Shown here: piece by piece, positions 11,776 to 22,318 of the stretch
Layout of the letters: each line of letters begins with the position of its first letter
How positions within the stretch are numbered: the first letter of the stretch is position 1
Assembly (NCBI GenBank): GCA_030704615.1
Contig: CM060733.1
Coordinates: 65,968,001 to 66,032,000, forward strand
Direction of reading: 5' to 3'
Length of the DNA: 64,000 bases
From: Takakia lepidozioides
Lineage: Eukaryota > Plantae > Bryophyta
Notes under the pieces: generated by a model
The model's input: the letters and a program-made list of their open reading frames with translations, nothing else
Databases searched by the model: none
Told to the model about the DNA's origin: nothing
Made by a program: the position numbers and the translations under genes

Positions 11776-12809
11776 AGTTACATGATGGACATCAATCGCC
11801 GGAAACGACTTTCAATCCTGCACATACAGTCAGACCCCACCAAGACATCACTCATACCACAATGTCCAAAAACATCAGTCTGCTGCACAGTCTTAGCAGA
11901 CCAATGAGGGGAACTAAATTCCCACAAAGTCCAGAAACCAAAGTCAAGGGAGACTCTTAGCAGACCTACCAACAGACCCGATCAATAGACCCATAGACAG
12001 ACCGACCAACAGACCGACCAATAGACCCGACAATCGGACAGTGGACATTCGGACATTCGGACAGTGGACTGCATTGTCACAGTAGACCAAACAACAGACC
12101 TGACATTTGACAAAGTCGACAAACACAACTGTGGGGCACAGTTACAACAGACCGAGTACAGGCCTTACAAGACTGCAGACAAGAAGCAAGTAGACTGCCA
12201 GAAAATACATACCTGCAAAGGCAACTTTAAAAGAACACGACCGAGGAGCAGACACATACGACTTACTTCTTCGACGCACGTAACTCTGCCACCTCCTTGT
12301 CCATGTCCAAACACAATCGGCGGTCCTTGTTCATAAACACATCTGACTTGCCTTTCATGGCTGGTCTCTTTTGAACATGACCCTCTCCAGTCTCCTTGAC
12401 CGCCTCAATGACCGGACATTTTTGGGCTTTTCCTCTTTCTGCTCGGACGAAGGTGCTCTCTACCGCAATGCCTGGGACAACTTGCCCAGACTGCTGCAAT
12501 ATTGCAGCTCTGCTGCGCAGCAAAAGGGTGTCAGTCGGTATGTTGACACTTGCCGGTCCAGTCCTCGCAGCCTCACGAATGGCATGCGTTGAACTAACAC
12601 GAGAATCGGGCGGTGTGAGCAGACTGCCTGTCCTTGTTGTTGACCCAACATTGGCAGGAGCAGGAGCAAATGGAGACGGCGAAGGCAAAGTCTGCTTGCG
12701 GACGTCCTCAACTGTCGCCTCATTGTGTTCAGTCTGCTGGAGAGGGTCTGCTGCAATCTGCTGGGAAGTGTTTGTTGCAACCTATTGGGGTGTGTGTGCT
12801 GAAGTCACC

Positions 12810-13072
12810 CCCACAGACTCATGCGCAGTCTGGTGGGCAGGGCCTGCTTCTGCACTCTCCTGGGCAGACTCATGCGCAGTCTGGTGGGACGGGTCTGCTG
12901 CTGCAGTCACTTGGGCAGACTCATGGGTAGTCTGGTGGGACGGGTCTGCTGCTGCTGTCACCTGGGCAGACTCATGCGCAATCTGGTGGGCAGGGTCTAC
13001 TACTGCAGTCACCTGGGCAGACTCATGTGCAGTCGGGTGGGCAGAGTCCGCTGCAGTCTTCCGGGCAGACTC
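12810..13072. repeat. 60-bp coding minisatellite (about 4.5 units)
   Basis: GCAGACTCATGCGCAGTCTGGTGGG... repeats every 60 bp and encodes (AHESAQVTAAADPSHQT)n on the minus strand. Confidence 0.85.
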
Positions 13073-14446
13073 TCTAAGCAGGGTAGTCACCTCGGCGGAG
13101 TCTTGTGTTGTCTGCTAACGAGAGTCTTGTGAACTTGTCTGAGCAGACCTGTGTGTAGTCTCTTGGGCAGAGTATTGTGGAGTCTGGTGGAAGGGATTCT
13201 CAGACGCAAGAGTAGACTCATGGGCAATCTTGCGGATACTTTGTTGGGCGTGGGAGTCATCTGCAGTCTCCGGGGCAATGTCGTTGGCAGACTCCGAAAC
13301 AATGCAATCTGCACCCACGGCAGTCTCCTGCCTAGTCTGCTAGACAACTCCCCGTGCAGTCTACTGGATAGTCTCCTGCCCTTTATCCCGGTTAGTCTCC
13401 TGGGCAGTGTACTCTATGTACAATGTCCAGGGTAGTCTCATCTCTGGTCGTTTGTGCACTCAGTTTTGTCAGTCTGCTGCCTATCCTGCTCTGCCATACG
13501 GTGGTTCTGGTCTTGTAGGCGCACCAGCAGACTATCAATTTCACCATCAAGTAAGTTTTGAGGGTCTGCTGACAGAACAAACTTGGGAAGGGTGCAATCA
13601 GAGACATGTAGGGCCGAGTTGGCTTTCATTCCCTCATCGGATTCTGCTGTAAGGTCTATGATGCGGTTTACTGGTCTACAGGTCGGTTCGCTCACTTCAA
13701 ATTCATCGATAACTCTCGCCAGTGAACAAACAAAGACAGGGCTAAGCTCAAAAGTCATACGGGATGATGGATACTGAGGATTTACCAAGGTCATAGTTAC
13801 ATCGTGTGGGCCAAAGTGTGTGGGTGAACTTATCCGGCGGGGGAAAGTCGATTCTGGCACCGTTGACAAAGGGTTGGTAGACATTAAAAAGTTGGGTTGG
13901 GCAGATGATGTCCGTTTCAATTTAATCAAATGCTCAGACATCCACTGTTGGTCAGGCTGTTGAATGTGCCACTGTCCCGTTATAACAGACTCAGTAACAA
14001 ATGTTGTGGGCAAGTCGTGGAGGACAGTCTGTGGAGGGTACTGTTTAGCAGACTCCACTGAGGTCTGTTGTGAGGTCTTCTGGGTCTTCTGGCAATGCTG
14101 GTTCGCAATGGGAGTGTCATTTTCAGTATCATTCTGAGTCTTCCGTTCAGTCTGTTTGCGAGTCTCCTGGTCACAGGCGTCTTGAGACTCCACGATAGTC
14201 TGCTGATTTCCAAGGCAGTCTGCTCCATGACATGTCTTGTCTGCTCAATTTCCATTCCAGTCTGCTGAGACTCCAAACTAGTCTGCTGAGACTGCATACT
14301 AGTCCGCTGAAAATCCCCGCCAGTCTCCTGAGACCTCCCCCCAGCCTGCCGGACCTGACCAGGCTTACGGACAGTCCCCTGGTTTTCATGACCCTGCACA
14401 GCCAGGACAACCTCTCTAGCAACCCTGGCAAGGGAGTCGAAAGCAC

Positions 14447-15550
14447 TCAGCATGCGGTTTCCAGGTCCCGCTGTCCGCCCTGCATGGAACACAAAAAACG
14501 ATATAAACAAATGCAGTGGAGGATTGGCGGGGGGAAGCAGTGAATGAGACAGAGCAGCGCGCGAGTACCTTCCAGTAGATTTCCAACGAGTCCGATGTCC
14601 TTAATTTGACGGTCCAGCAGTGCGGAATCAAGGTGGGCAAGCGCGGAACTGCTGTCATGATGCGGCGAGCTAGACCACAATACTCTGAACACGTCTGGTT
14701 TGAGCAAGACAATGTCAAACACAGCACGCTCCATTACATACGAGAACCACAACATAGTCTCATCTACAACAGACTCTCGTGCTTGTGATCCGTCTGTAAC
14801 AGACTCTCTTGCCTGTGATCCATGTAGGAAGTCTTGCCGAAGAGTGGGCAAGTCCTTCAGCAACTTCTTGTATGATGTGAAATCTCCAAACTGCATCCAC
14901 TGATGCTGCAGGAACGATGATGCCATCCAGTCGAAGTGGACCGCAGTCACTGCGGACAAGTGCTTCTTGCGGACACCGAACGTAGGGTGTGCCATAGCCA
15001 TATGCCGTACCTCCTCCGGGCGAGGGTCATCCATAAGGAGGAGCTGAACAAGGAGTGGCGGTTCATTTCCTTCACTCAAAGAAGAAACAACAACTTTCCC
15101 TGCTTGCTCCAGAACATGGTTGGCTTCTTCCGTAGTATACTCCATGGAATAGAGATAAGGGACAAAGGGCCACCTCCGGCCTGTTACAATGTGGTGCAGG
15201 TCACTGCATCAGTCCACATGGGCACTTGTGTTACCAATCCTGAAGCGGGGAAGTGTAGGATCCTTTGCGTTCTTCGGCGCCACCGGTAATGGCGATCTCC
15301 ACACCCCAAAAATGCCCACAGTGGAGGGGAAATGGGCATAGTCTTCACCCTGTCCAATTGACCCATTCTCAGGTATGAGGTCTGCTGAGGCGTGGTTTGG
15401 TCTGCCCAGGTGCAAGGAGTCCTGCTCATGATTGCTGGTGTGTGCTTCACTGTGATTTGGTGTGATGAGGTCTGTCGTGGTCTGTTGTGGTCTCCTGAGG
15501 AGGGATGAAGTCAGCGGTCTACTGGAGGGGACCTGCGGACTCCGTGTCAA
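14447..15550 (-). pseudogene. Unknown protein exon(s) of the CAGAC-rich element
   Basis: In-frame ORFs 15209-15550 and 14447-15145 separated by one stop; globular-looking sequence; no family recognised. Confidence 0.4.
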
Positions 15551-16576
15551 GTTCGTCTATGGCTTCATCGGATAGACCGGATCCATTGGACTGACTGAAT
15601 TTAATGACACTCAGTAGACAATCAACAGACCATCAGCAGCCCACAATCCACATTCAGCAGACCACAATACTCAGCAGACCATGATATTTAGCAGACACTC
15701 ATACCTTAGCAGACAATCTAGACTTCAGCAGACAACCAACATTTCAGAAGACCTAATTATGGACGTATACAGTCTGCTGAAGTCTTTCACAGATGAGCAG
15801 ACTACGCGACAACACAAGAAATAGGTCTGTCGGCTTCACCACAAGTCGGTTCATACGGGAGCTAGCTGCTATGCAGCAAAACACACATGATCCATTGGGC
15901 ATTCGGAGCTCTAAGATCTCTCAGCAGACCACAAGACTCAGCAGACCATGGCAATAAGCAGACCACTGTCTTTAGCAGACTCCAGAGACTGGGGTAGAAT
16001 AACTAAGAAAAAGAACTATGGACGTGCATAGTCTGCTGAAGTTCAGCAGACTAATCGACAATAGTCCCAACAAAATGCAGAAAATTGCAGGAATGGTTTG
16101 ATAGCATTACCTCGTCAAGTATGTTGCCCGCATCGTCATCACGCATGGCATTCAACCACTTTTCTTCGGCTTCCCGAATACTTAATGTTATCCGTCCTGT
16201 CTGCACATATCTGAAGAAAAAAGGGAAGAACTGCGGATCGTCTTGGGGTGGGTAGACTGGTGGGAGAACGCCAAACCGAAGTAGGTGCAACATTCCCGGG
16301 CAGGCTGGACCAGCAGACCTGTGGGTGGTCTTTTCAGGTCCCATATCTTCGGTCTGCCCAAACCGCAGACCAGGCTGCTGGGTCTCCTGGGCGGTGTGGG
16401 CAAGAGAGGTGTTGTCGTCGAGGCTGTCTATGAGCATGTCCAAGTTTTTCCTCTCAGATAAGGCAATATCCACTGCACTGGACAGTGGACCTTGCCCTTC
16501 GAAGTCATTATTTCGGATGATGTTGTCGGTACGCTCGGCAGACCGGTGGGGCAGAACATCGGCAGACTCAGACTCA

Positions 16577-17230
16577 CTAGAGGAACTGATGGGTATAGTC
16601 TGCCGGGACCTTCTGGTCTGGCGTGCATCGGGTGGACTCCCATGTAGGCCCGCAATGCTTGCATCCCGAGCAGAGCTTGCCTGACGCGGACGGACCCCCC
16701 TGCAGGACTGACAGGTTTGCATCGTGAGCAGACCTTGCCGCTTTCGATTCCCCTTTTTTTTTTGCCCCATCACTGAGTTTTCGCTTGCGGGGAGGCACAG
16801 GCACTTCCTCCAGACTGCCTAGTTGCATCCTTCCAGCAGCCTGCCAGTACCGTTGGCGCAATTCCTCTGTACTTCGCGGGATTGGGTTTGCGCCGCGGCT
16901 ATTGAAAACAGCCTCATCTTTAGCTTTCTGCGATACCGGTATGGGCCACGGCTTGAAATTCGGTGGAATGGTGCCCTTGCAACCTATGTCCACACAATGG
17001 CGGTTCAACTGGATTTTGTCCTTTATGGCTTCCTCACAGAAAGGACACCTGAGCCTATCTTTCTTCCATTCTGGGTTCTCCTCCTTGGCTACACGGAGAT
17101 CGATACATGCTTCCACTATTTTGCGATCGTACTCCTGTGGGGAGTACCAATATCTTCGCAGCTTCTTCAAACATGTGACGTGCACAAAGTCAATCCAGTC
17201 GGGTCCGCTCTTCGCGCAGGCTTCCTCCAT
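16577..17230 (-). CDS. Unknown protein with a C2HC/C2H2-like zinc-finger motif
   Basis: LRCPFCEEAIKDKIQLNRHCVDIGC and a basic NLS-like PPRKRK. Confidence 0.45.
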   Translation of the reverse strand: MEEACAKSGPDWIDFVHVTCLKKLRRYWYSPQEYDRKIVEACIDLRVAKEENPEWKKDRLRCPFCEEAIKDKIQLNRHCVDIGCKGTIPPNFKPWPIPVSQKAKDEAVFNSRGANPIPRSTEELRQRYWQAAGRMQLGSLEEVPVPPRKRKLSDGAKKKGESKAARSAHDANLSVLQGGPSASGKLCSGCKHCGPTWESTRCTPDQKVPADYTHQFL

Positions 17231-17683
17231 CGCCTATACAACACAACAAAGAAAGGTAGAGGGCCCAACAAAAAGGGATAAGTGCAAAGAATGGAGGAAA
17301 ACAAAAAGTGCGAGAACCGGCGAGAACGAACACTACATACGAGGACAAACAAAGAAGCGAGAACCAAAACAACAAGTACACAACATAAGACGAGGAACGC
17401 AACGGGCTACGGCAACGACGCTACCGCGTGAGCGTGTGAGCGTACGCTCACACAATGATGACGTGGCGTGAGCCTACGCTCACGCTGTTGACATGGCGCT
17501 GATGCTGACGTGGCGTGAGCCTGGTCCAGGTCATGCCACATCACCACAAAGAAGGTGGGCCTATAACCGTGGAGCCCCCAACTGCTGATTTCACCACATG
17601 AAGGTGAAACGGATGAAGGGTTTTGGGCTTTCCTGGAGTTCAACCTTCTGTTAACAGGAGCTTCATTTCGTAGAACTGAAATG

Positions 17684-17873
17684 AACCTCGTGTCGACACA
17701 AGGGGGATTTGGAGAACTTCAACAAAACCTCGTGTTAACACGAGGTTGTTTTCCTGGAACAAAAATGAACTTCGTGTTGACACGATGTTGTTTTCTGAGA
17801 ACTAAAATCATCCTTGTGTCAACACAAGGAGGATTTGGAGAACTTCAAGTAAACCTCGTGTTGAGACGAGGTT
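17684..17873. repeat. Five 22-bp palindromes (AACCTCGTGTTAACACGAGGTT type) at an exact 42-bp period
   Basis: Copies start at 17684, 17726, 17768, 17810 and 17852. Confidence 0.9.
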
Positions 17874-18055
17874 GATTTGATCATCTGTCTATCTGAAGGT
17901 AGTTTCTTGTGTTTGCTAATGAAAAGAGAATGACAAACCAATGCGACAAATGCATTGACCCACGCATAGCAAAGATGTTAGACGACATACATTGAGAGTC
18001 ACTGGACTTGAACAGTCATTCCATTACAAGTTGTAGTCAAGGAAAACACAGATTT

Positions 18056-21000
18056 TTATGGGCTTGTATCCCGCTGTAGAAGTGTGTTGACTTCGTTGAA
18101 ACTCATAGTGGCTTGGTGAATGAAGAAGTCGCGCTTTGGATCACAAACCATCCTTCTCAAGAAGACGAAGTAAAGGTGTTTGCACGGTATGAACTTCCCT
18201 CTCTTTCCCAAACTACTTGAAAGCATACCAACAAAATCAGGACATGTACAATTGGGAAAATTGGAAACAGTGATTTCGTACGTCCTGTCCTGCAGCGCAG
18301 ATGCGGATGAGATCATGGTGAAGACCCGACCATACCCTGGATCAGGCACTTCCATTGTTCCCGCAACACGAGCGTGAAGCATTCTGGCGGACTCAATTTT
18401 GCCGTAGTGTTCTGCGGTTGGAGGGAATCGTCGAACCAGCTTCCCATTCCGTCTGGTTGGCCACAAGTGAGCGTCAGGCGGAGGTACCCGTGAACCGCTT
18501 CCACTTGAAGCACCTTCACGTGCAATGGAATGTCTGGCTAGGGAGAAACCCGCCTCTTCCAGCATTGCGATCTCTCGGTGAGTGAGACCTGTGCCCATCT
18601 TCACAGGCCACACGGTTGGTGGAGTAGGCTTCCTTACCACGGAAGGCCTCACTGTACCATGCACACATCTCCCACAATCGTCAGCGCAGAACCAGAACTT
18701 GTGGTTCTTTGCCTCGCCTTGTCCGTAAGGGAGAAACAAACCCGTGAATGTAGGAGCTGCAGTGCGTTCTTTCCCTCTGGAGATTAATGATGTACATTTT
18801 TCATGATTGGTGGCCCTGATCGCCGCGCATTTCACACGAGATCCAGCACTTGTGCGTTCTATATGCCAAACCTCGTCCAAGCCCATGGACTCGATTATAT
18901 GCGGCACCACGTTCTGGTCTTCAACCATTGCAGTGACAATGCTTGATGCAGGGGTCCGGTCTGGGGCAGAGTAGCCCTCACCTGTGGATGTTCCGCAATT
19001 CCATCTCTGATCCAAGGGAACACGTGGCGTCGAGAAGTTCACCCTGTCCGCCCTATGGGAATCTGCATCCGATCCCGGAGGGGTGTCCAATTTCCGTTTG
19101 CAAGACCCGAATCTCTCTTCGCCTTCCAGATGGGGAACTCTTCCCACGAGAGGGGTGCCATCTGCACATATGCTCACTGCCCGCGCTATTTTGCTGGGAT
19201 CCCCTGATCTTCCAGCTGCCCGCAACATCAACTCGCTCCTGTCCGGACCTTTGCCACCAAGGCCACCCCTCAAGAATGACCTATATCTGGTTTGCTGCTG
19301 CAGAGCACGAATGAGGTCATCGGCCGTCGCCGCATACAAATCTCTCCTTTTTTTGCCGGATTGCTGCAACCAGGCATTGTGCACTGTCTCCGCAAGATTG
19401 CAAGAAGGCATGTCCGCCATCTCCTCAATGGACATATGCTGCAAGGCAAAAAAACAGAAAGCCGATATTAGGATTGGACCCTGAAAGATATATCCGAAGC
19501 ACCCAAACGAAGGTGAATACAAACCACTCACCGTTGTCATGGCCGCTCCCCACTGTCGGTAACGGAAGTGCCAAAATGCGAACCAGTCTTGCAGTGCCCT
19601 CATGCTGTCCTCCGATGCCGCTCCAGATGAGTACCACCAGGCACGAATTGTCTGGAACAATGTATTCGCTTCCCCCATAGTTTTGGCGTCTTTGTACTGG
19701 TTGCACAGTTGGCGATGCATAGTCTGCATATCTGGCTTGATGTATGTCTTTGTGTGTTTGTCCAGGGATTGTGTCCAATGGAAAAGACATGTACGTTCTC
19801 TTCCAGGCATTGGCACTTTTGGGTCTCCCGTCCCGAACACAATGCGGACAGCGTTGAAGTTAGCTTGAGCACTATCGGCCATGAAACCAACGAAATTGGG
19901 AGATGGGAGACCATTGGAGGCCATAACTCGAATGAGAGCTTCCCACATGAGCTGTTGTGAATCTGTGTCCTCTGACTGCATGTCACACACTGCAATTGTC
20001 ATGACCCGCTGGTACACAGGGTCGTAAACATGACATGCCATTGTGGTCCAGTCTTTAACCCTCTTGACATGATCGAACATAAGGAAGCAGTTGCCAAGAT
20101 CGCCACCCTTCTGCATACGTTTAACCAGGCTGACCCCGCTGCCCTCACCTTTTGTGGACATTTTGAACAAGAACACTTTCCTGGCTCCTTGTCCCGGGAA
20201 AACGCTGTCTTGGATGTAGTCATACATGCTCCTTTTCTTCAAATCCATAATATTGTCCATATAACCTCGGCTCCCAGAGCCCATTCTTAAAGCGTTCACC
20301 TGATTCCTAATGTTTGGAGAAGTCAAAGTTGAGAAATGGTCCATAACAGTGTCCAAAGCCGATCCCTCCAGTATTCCTCCAACCGAATTTGATGCACACA
20401 GAATACGGCTTTCCAGAAAGGACTTGCTCGCCCCCATGGCAATTGCAGATGTGGTTCCAGTTGGATTGGTATCCAACTCTTGCCTTATCAGACGCGAGAC
20501 TGTGTCAACGCTCTCCCTATAATCCCCCTTGGACACAGGGTGGTTGTGAAAACCGAAATGGACACAGGCTCTAGTCAGGGTTTTGAATCGATGCACCACA
20601 TAATACATTCTGGCGCCACACAAAGCAAGGCAGCAAGGTGGTACCCTACAGAACTTGCACACAAAAGTGTTACTGTATGGTGGTGTCACCCCAGGCTTGA
20701 ATGGATTCTCACTGACACCATCCCATTCGCTTTGGTTTTGCACACCTGACAATGCGAAGTGTCTGCATTTCATGTTCTCGCATTTCAGGTGCCCATTACA
20801 GACTGTTCGCCTGAATATGAGGTTGTCGTTGTTGTGAATATTGGAGGTTTTTGTGCGGCACCAAGGGTGCCCATCGTGCTTTTTGTCCATTCCTTCCAGG
20901 AGACTAGAAATGCCCCCCAAGCGACCAGGAGGAGGCAGCTCGAAAACAGTATTACCATCAAAAGATTCCGGCAAGAATGCCACCCTCTGAATATTGAAAG

Positions 21001-21559
21001 TGCTCCAGTCTATCCCCCTCAACTCACTCTTGAATCCTGCCATCCCACCCATGGCTTTCAGTTTAGGAATGACACTGGTGATCTCCTCCACATCTGCTTC
21101 TACATGTGGACATGGCTGATCCACGGGCGGTATTGCACATGTGTCATCGGAGGATGAGTCCGAAAGCTCAACTACAGTGTTAACGGTACTCGTCTCCTTC
21201 TTGACAACCACGGGTGTTTTCTCCTGGGCCACTGATGCTGCCGTGCCAGGAGTTACGAAAGATCCTGCAGACTGTCTCAGAGGAGCACTGAGCACCCTGT
21301 ATCTGCCTGGAGGCACTCTCCATTGTGTGGCTGGTGCAGTATGCGAAGGTTTCTGGAACACGTACTTGAGCAGTTTTCCATTGGCATCGTACACTTCCCT
21401 TTGAAGGAATAGAGTTCCATTTTCCAACCGAAACTGCGTTGCGAGGACGTGTTCATGCACCAGCGCAAAACCATCATCTTCCACCTCGTAAGAAAATGGC
21501 ACAGGGTGGTCCTCACTGAAGAAGTCCGCGTCAAGGGAGCCCATGGCCTGGGAGGCCAT
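18056..21559 (-). CDS. Mutator/MULE-type DDE transposase with N-terminal GCM/WRKY-like Zn domain and C-terminal SWIM; likely in-frame intron 19439-19531
   Basis: Uninterrupted ORF. FLMFDHVK (D), FMADSAQAN (D), RTCLFHW (CxxH), CNLAETVHN (E). N-terminal DGHPW...C...C...HFGFHNHP. GTGAGT...TTGCAG 93-bp intron. Confidence 0.85.
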   Translation of the reverse strand: MASQAMGSLDADFFSEDHPVPFSYEVEDDGFALVHEHVLATQFRLENGTLFLQREVYDANGKLLKYVFQKPSHTAPATQWRVPPGRYRVLSAPLRQSAGSFVTPGTAASVAQEKTPVVVKKETSTVNTVVELSDSSSDDTCAIPPVDQPCPHVEADVEEITSVIPKLKAMGGMAGFKSELRGIDWSTFNIQRVAFLPESFDGNTVFELPPPGRLGGISSLLEGMDKKHDGHPWCRTKTSNIHNNDNLIFRRTVCNGHLKCENMKCRHFALSGVQNQSEWDGVSENPFKPGVTPPYSNTFVCKFCRVPPCCLALCGARMYYVVHRFKTLTRACVHFGFHNHPVSKGDYRESVDTVSRLIRQELDTNPTGTTSAIAMGASKSFLESRILCASNSVGGILEGSALDTVMDHFSTLTSPNIRNQVNALRMGSGSRGYMDNIMDLKKRSMYDYIQDSVFPGQGARKVFLFKMSTKGEGSGVSLVKRMQKGGDLGNCFLMFDHVKRVKDWTTMACHVYDPVYQRVMTIAVCDMQSEDTDSQQLMWEALIRVMASNGLPSPNFVGFMADSAQANFNAVRIVFGTGDPKVPMPGRERTCLFHWTQSLDKHTKTYIKPDMQTMHRQLCNQYKDAKTMGEANTLFQTIRAWWYSSGAASEDSMRALQDWFAFWHFRYRQWGAAMTTVSGLYSPSFGCFGYIFQGPILISAFCFFALQHMSIEEMADMPSCNLAETVHNAWLQQSGKKRRDLYAATADDLIRALQQQTRYRSFLRGGLGGKGPDRSELMLRAAGRSGDPSKIARAVSICADGTPLVGRVPHLEGEERFGSCKRKLDTPPGSDADSHRADRVNFSTPRVPLDQRWNCGTSTGEGYSAPDRTPASSIVTAMVEDQNVVPHIIESMGLDEVWHIERTSAGSRVKCAAIRATNHEKCTSLISRGKERTAAPTFTGLFLPYGQGEAKNHKFWFCADDCGRCVHGTVRPSVVRKPTPPTVWPVKMGTGLTHREIAMLEEAGFSLARHSIAREGASSGSGSRVPPPDAHLWPTRRNGKLVRRFPPTAEHYGKIESARMLHARVAGTMEVPDPGYGRVFTMISSASALQDRTYEITVSNFPNCTCPDFVGMLSSSLGKRGKFIPCKHLYFVFLRRMVCDPKRDFFIHQATMSFNEVNTLLQRDTSP

Positions 21560-22318
21560 ATGTCGATGTTGCTTCAGAAAGTAGAGTTCACAGTCCGACG
21601 GTGCTTGTGAATGCAAATTGTGTGGGAGCGGAGTTTTTGGCGTCCTCACAGAGAATTGCAGGTATCGCTCCGGCTTGCAGATCTCCTAACGCGGGTTTCC
21701 ACTTCTGTGAAATGTCTCCCCATGCGAACCAAGCGCATGGTCACAAAGTGCCCAAATGCGGAGTCCATAATGTCAGCCCTAATCCTAGAATCCAACTGTT
21801 TTTTCACAAGTGCCCCACCAGTGCATTCGTTGACAGATTGACTGACAGAGCCGCCGTTTGGTTGTCATGTCAGAGAGGCCAGAAGAGATGCCCATTTCCA
21901 TTTAATTTTAACGGCACCTGCACCGCTGTACAACTGTACATACTTGACATTCCTCTGGAACATCCCAGAATAAATTGCCCAATAATGAACTTTTTCAGAT
22001 GAGAGGTGATTAGACCCCAACGATTTTTGGATGGATGAGGATCCAATGATCTCCGCCGATATTTCATAACGATTAGATGGACACGTGTTCGCCATGCATG
22101 TGGAATGAGTCAGTGGCGCACTGAACGTTGCGAGCGAACATCTTGGCGTTGAAGGCCTTGCGATGAACCTCCCATAGTCCTCTTTTTTCCCTCTTCTCCT
22201 TATTGTCTTTGCAACCCTGGATTCTGCAGAGACGGTGACCCCATTCCGAGGGAGAAGCAAGCGTCGAAGAACACTTTATTTCACATCAAACAAGCAAAGG
22301 GCACGCGCTAAGGAGAGG

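Larger units (their letters stand above)
9697..17410 (-). mobile_element. Unclassified CAGAC/GTCTG-rich TE-like region carrying a Ulp1 protease gene and other spliced ORFs; continues at 28277-~29450
   Basis: Very high density of (AG)CAGAC motifs on both sides of the inserted MULE; Ulp1 cargo; no transposase recognised. Confidence 0.5.

Noticed and set aside
18056-21649. Zisupton/KDZ transposase (SWIM, nearby Ulp1)
   Set aside because: The core shows the Mutator-type D...D...CxxH...NxxExxH pattern, and Ulp1 lies outside the TSD-bounded element.
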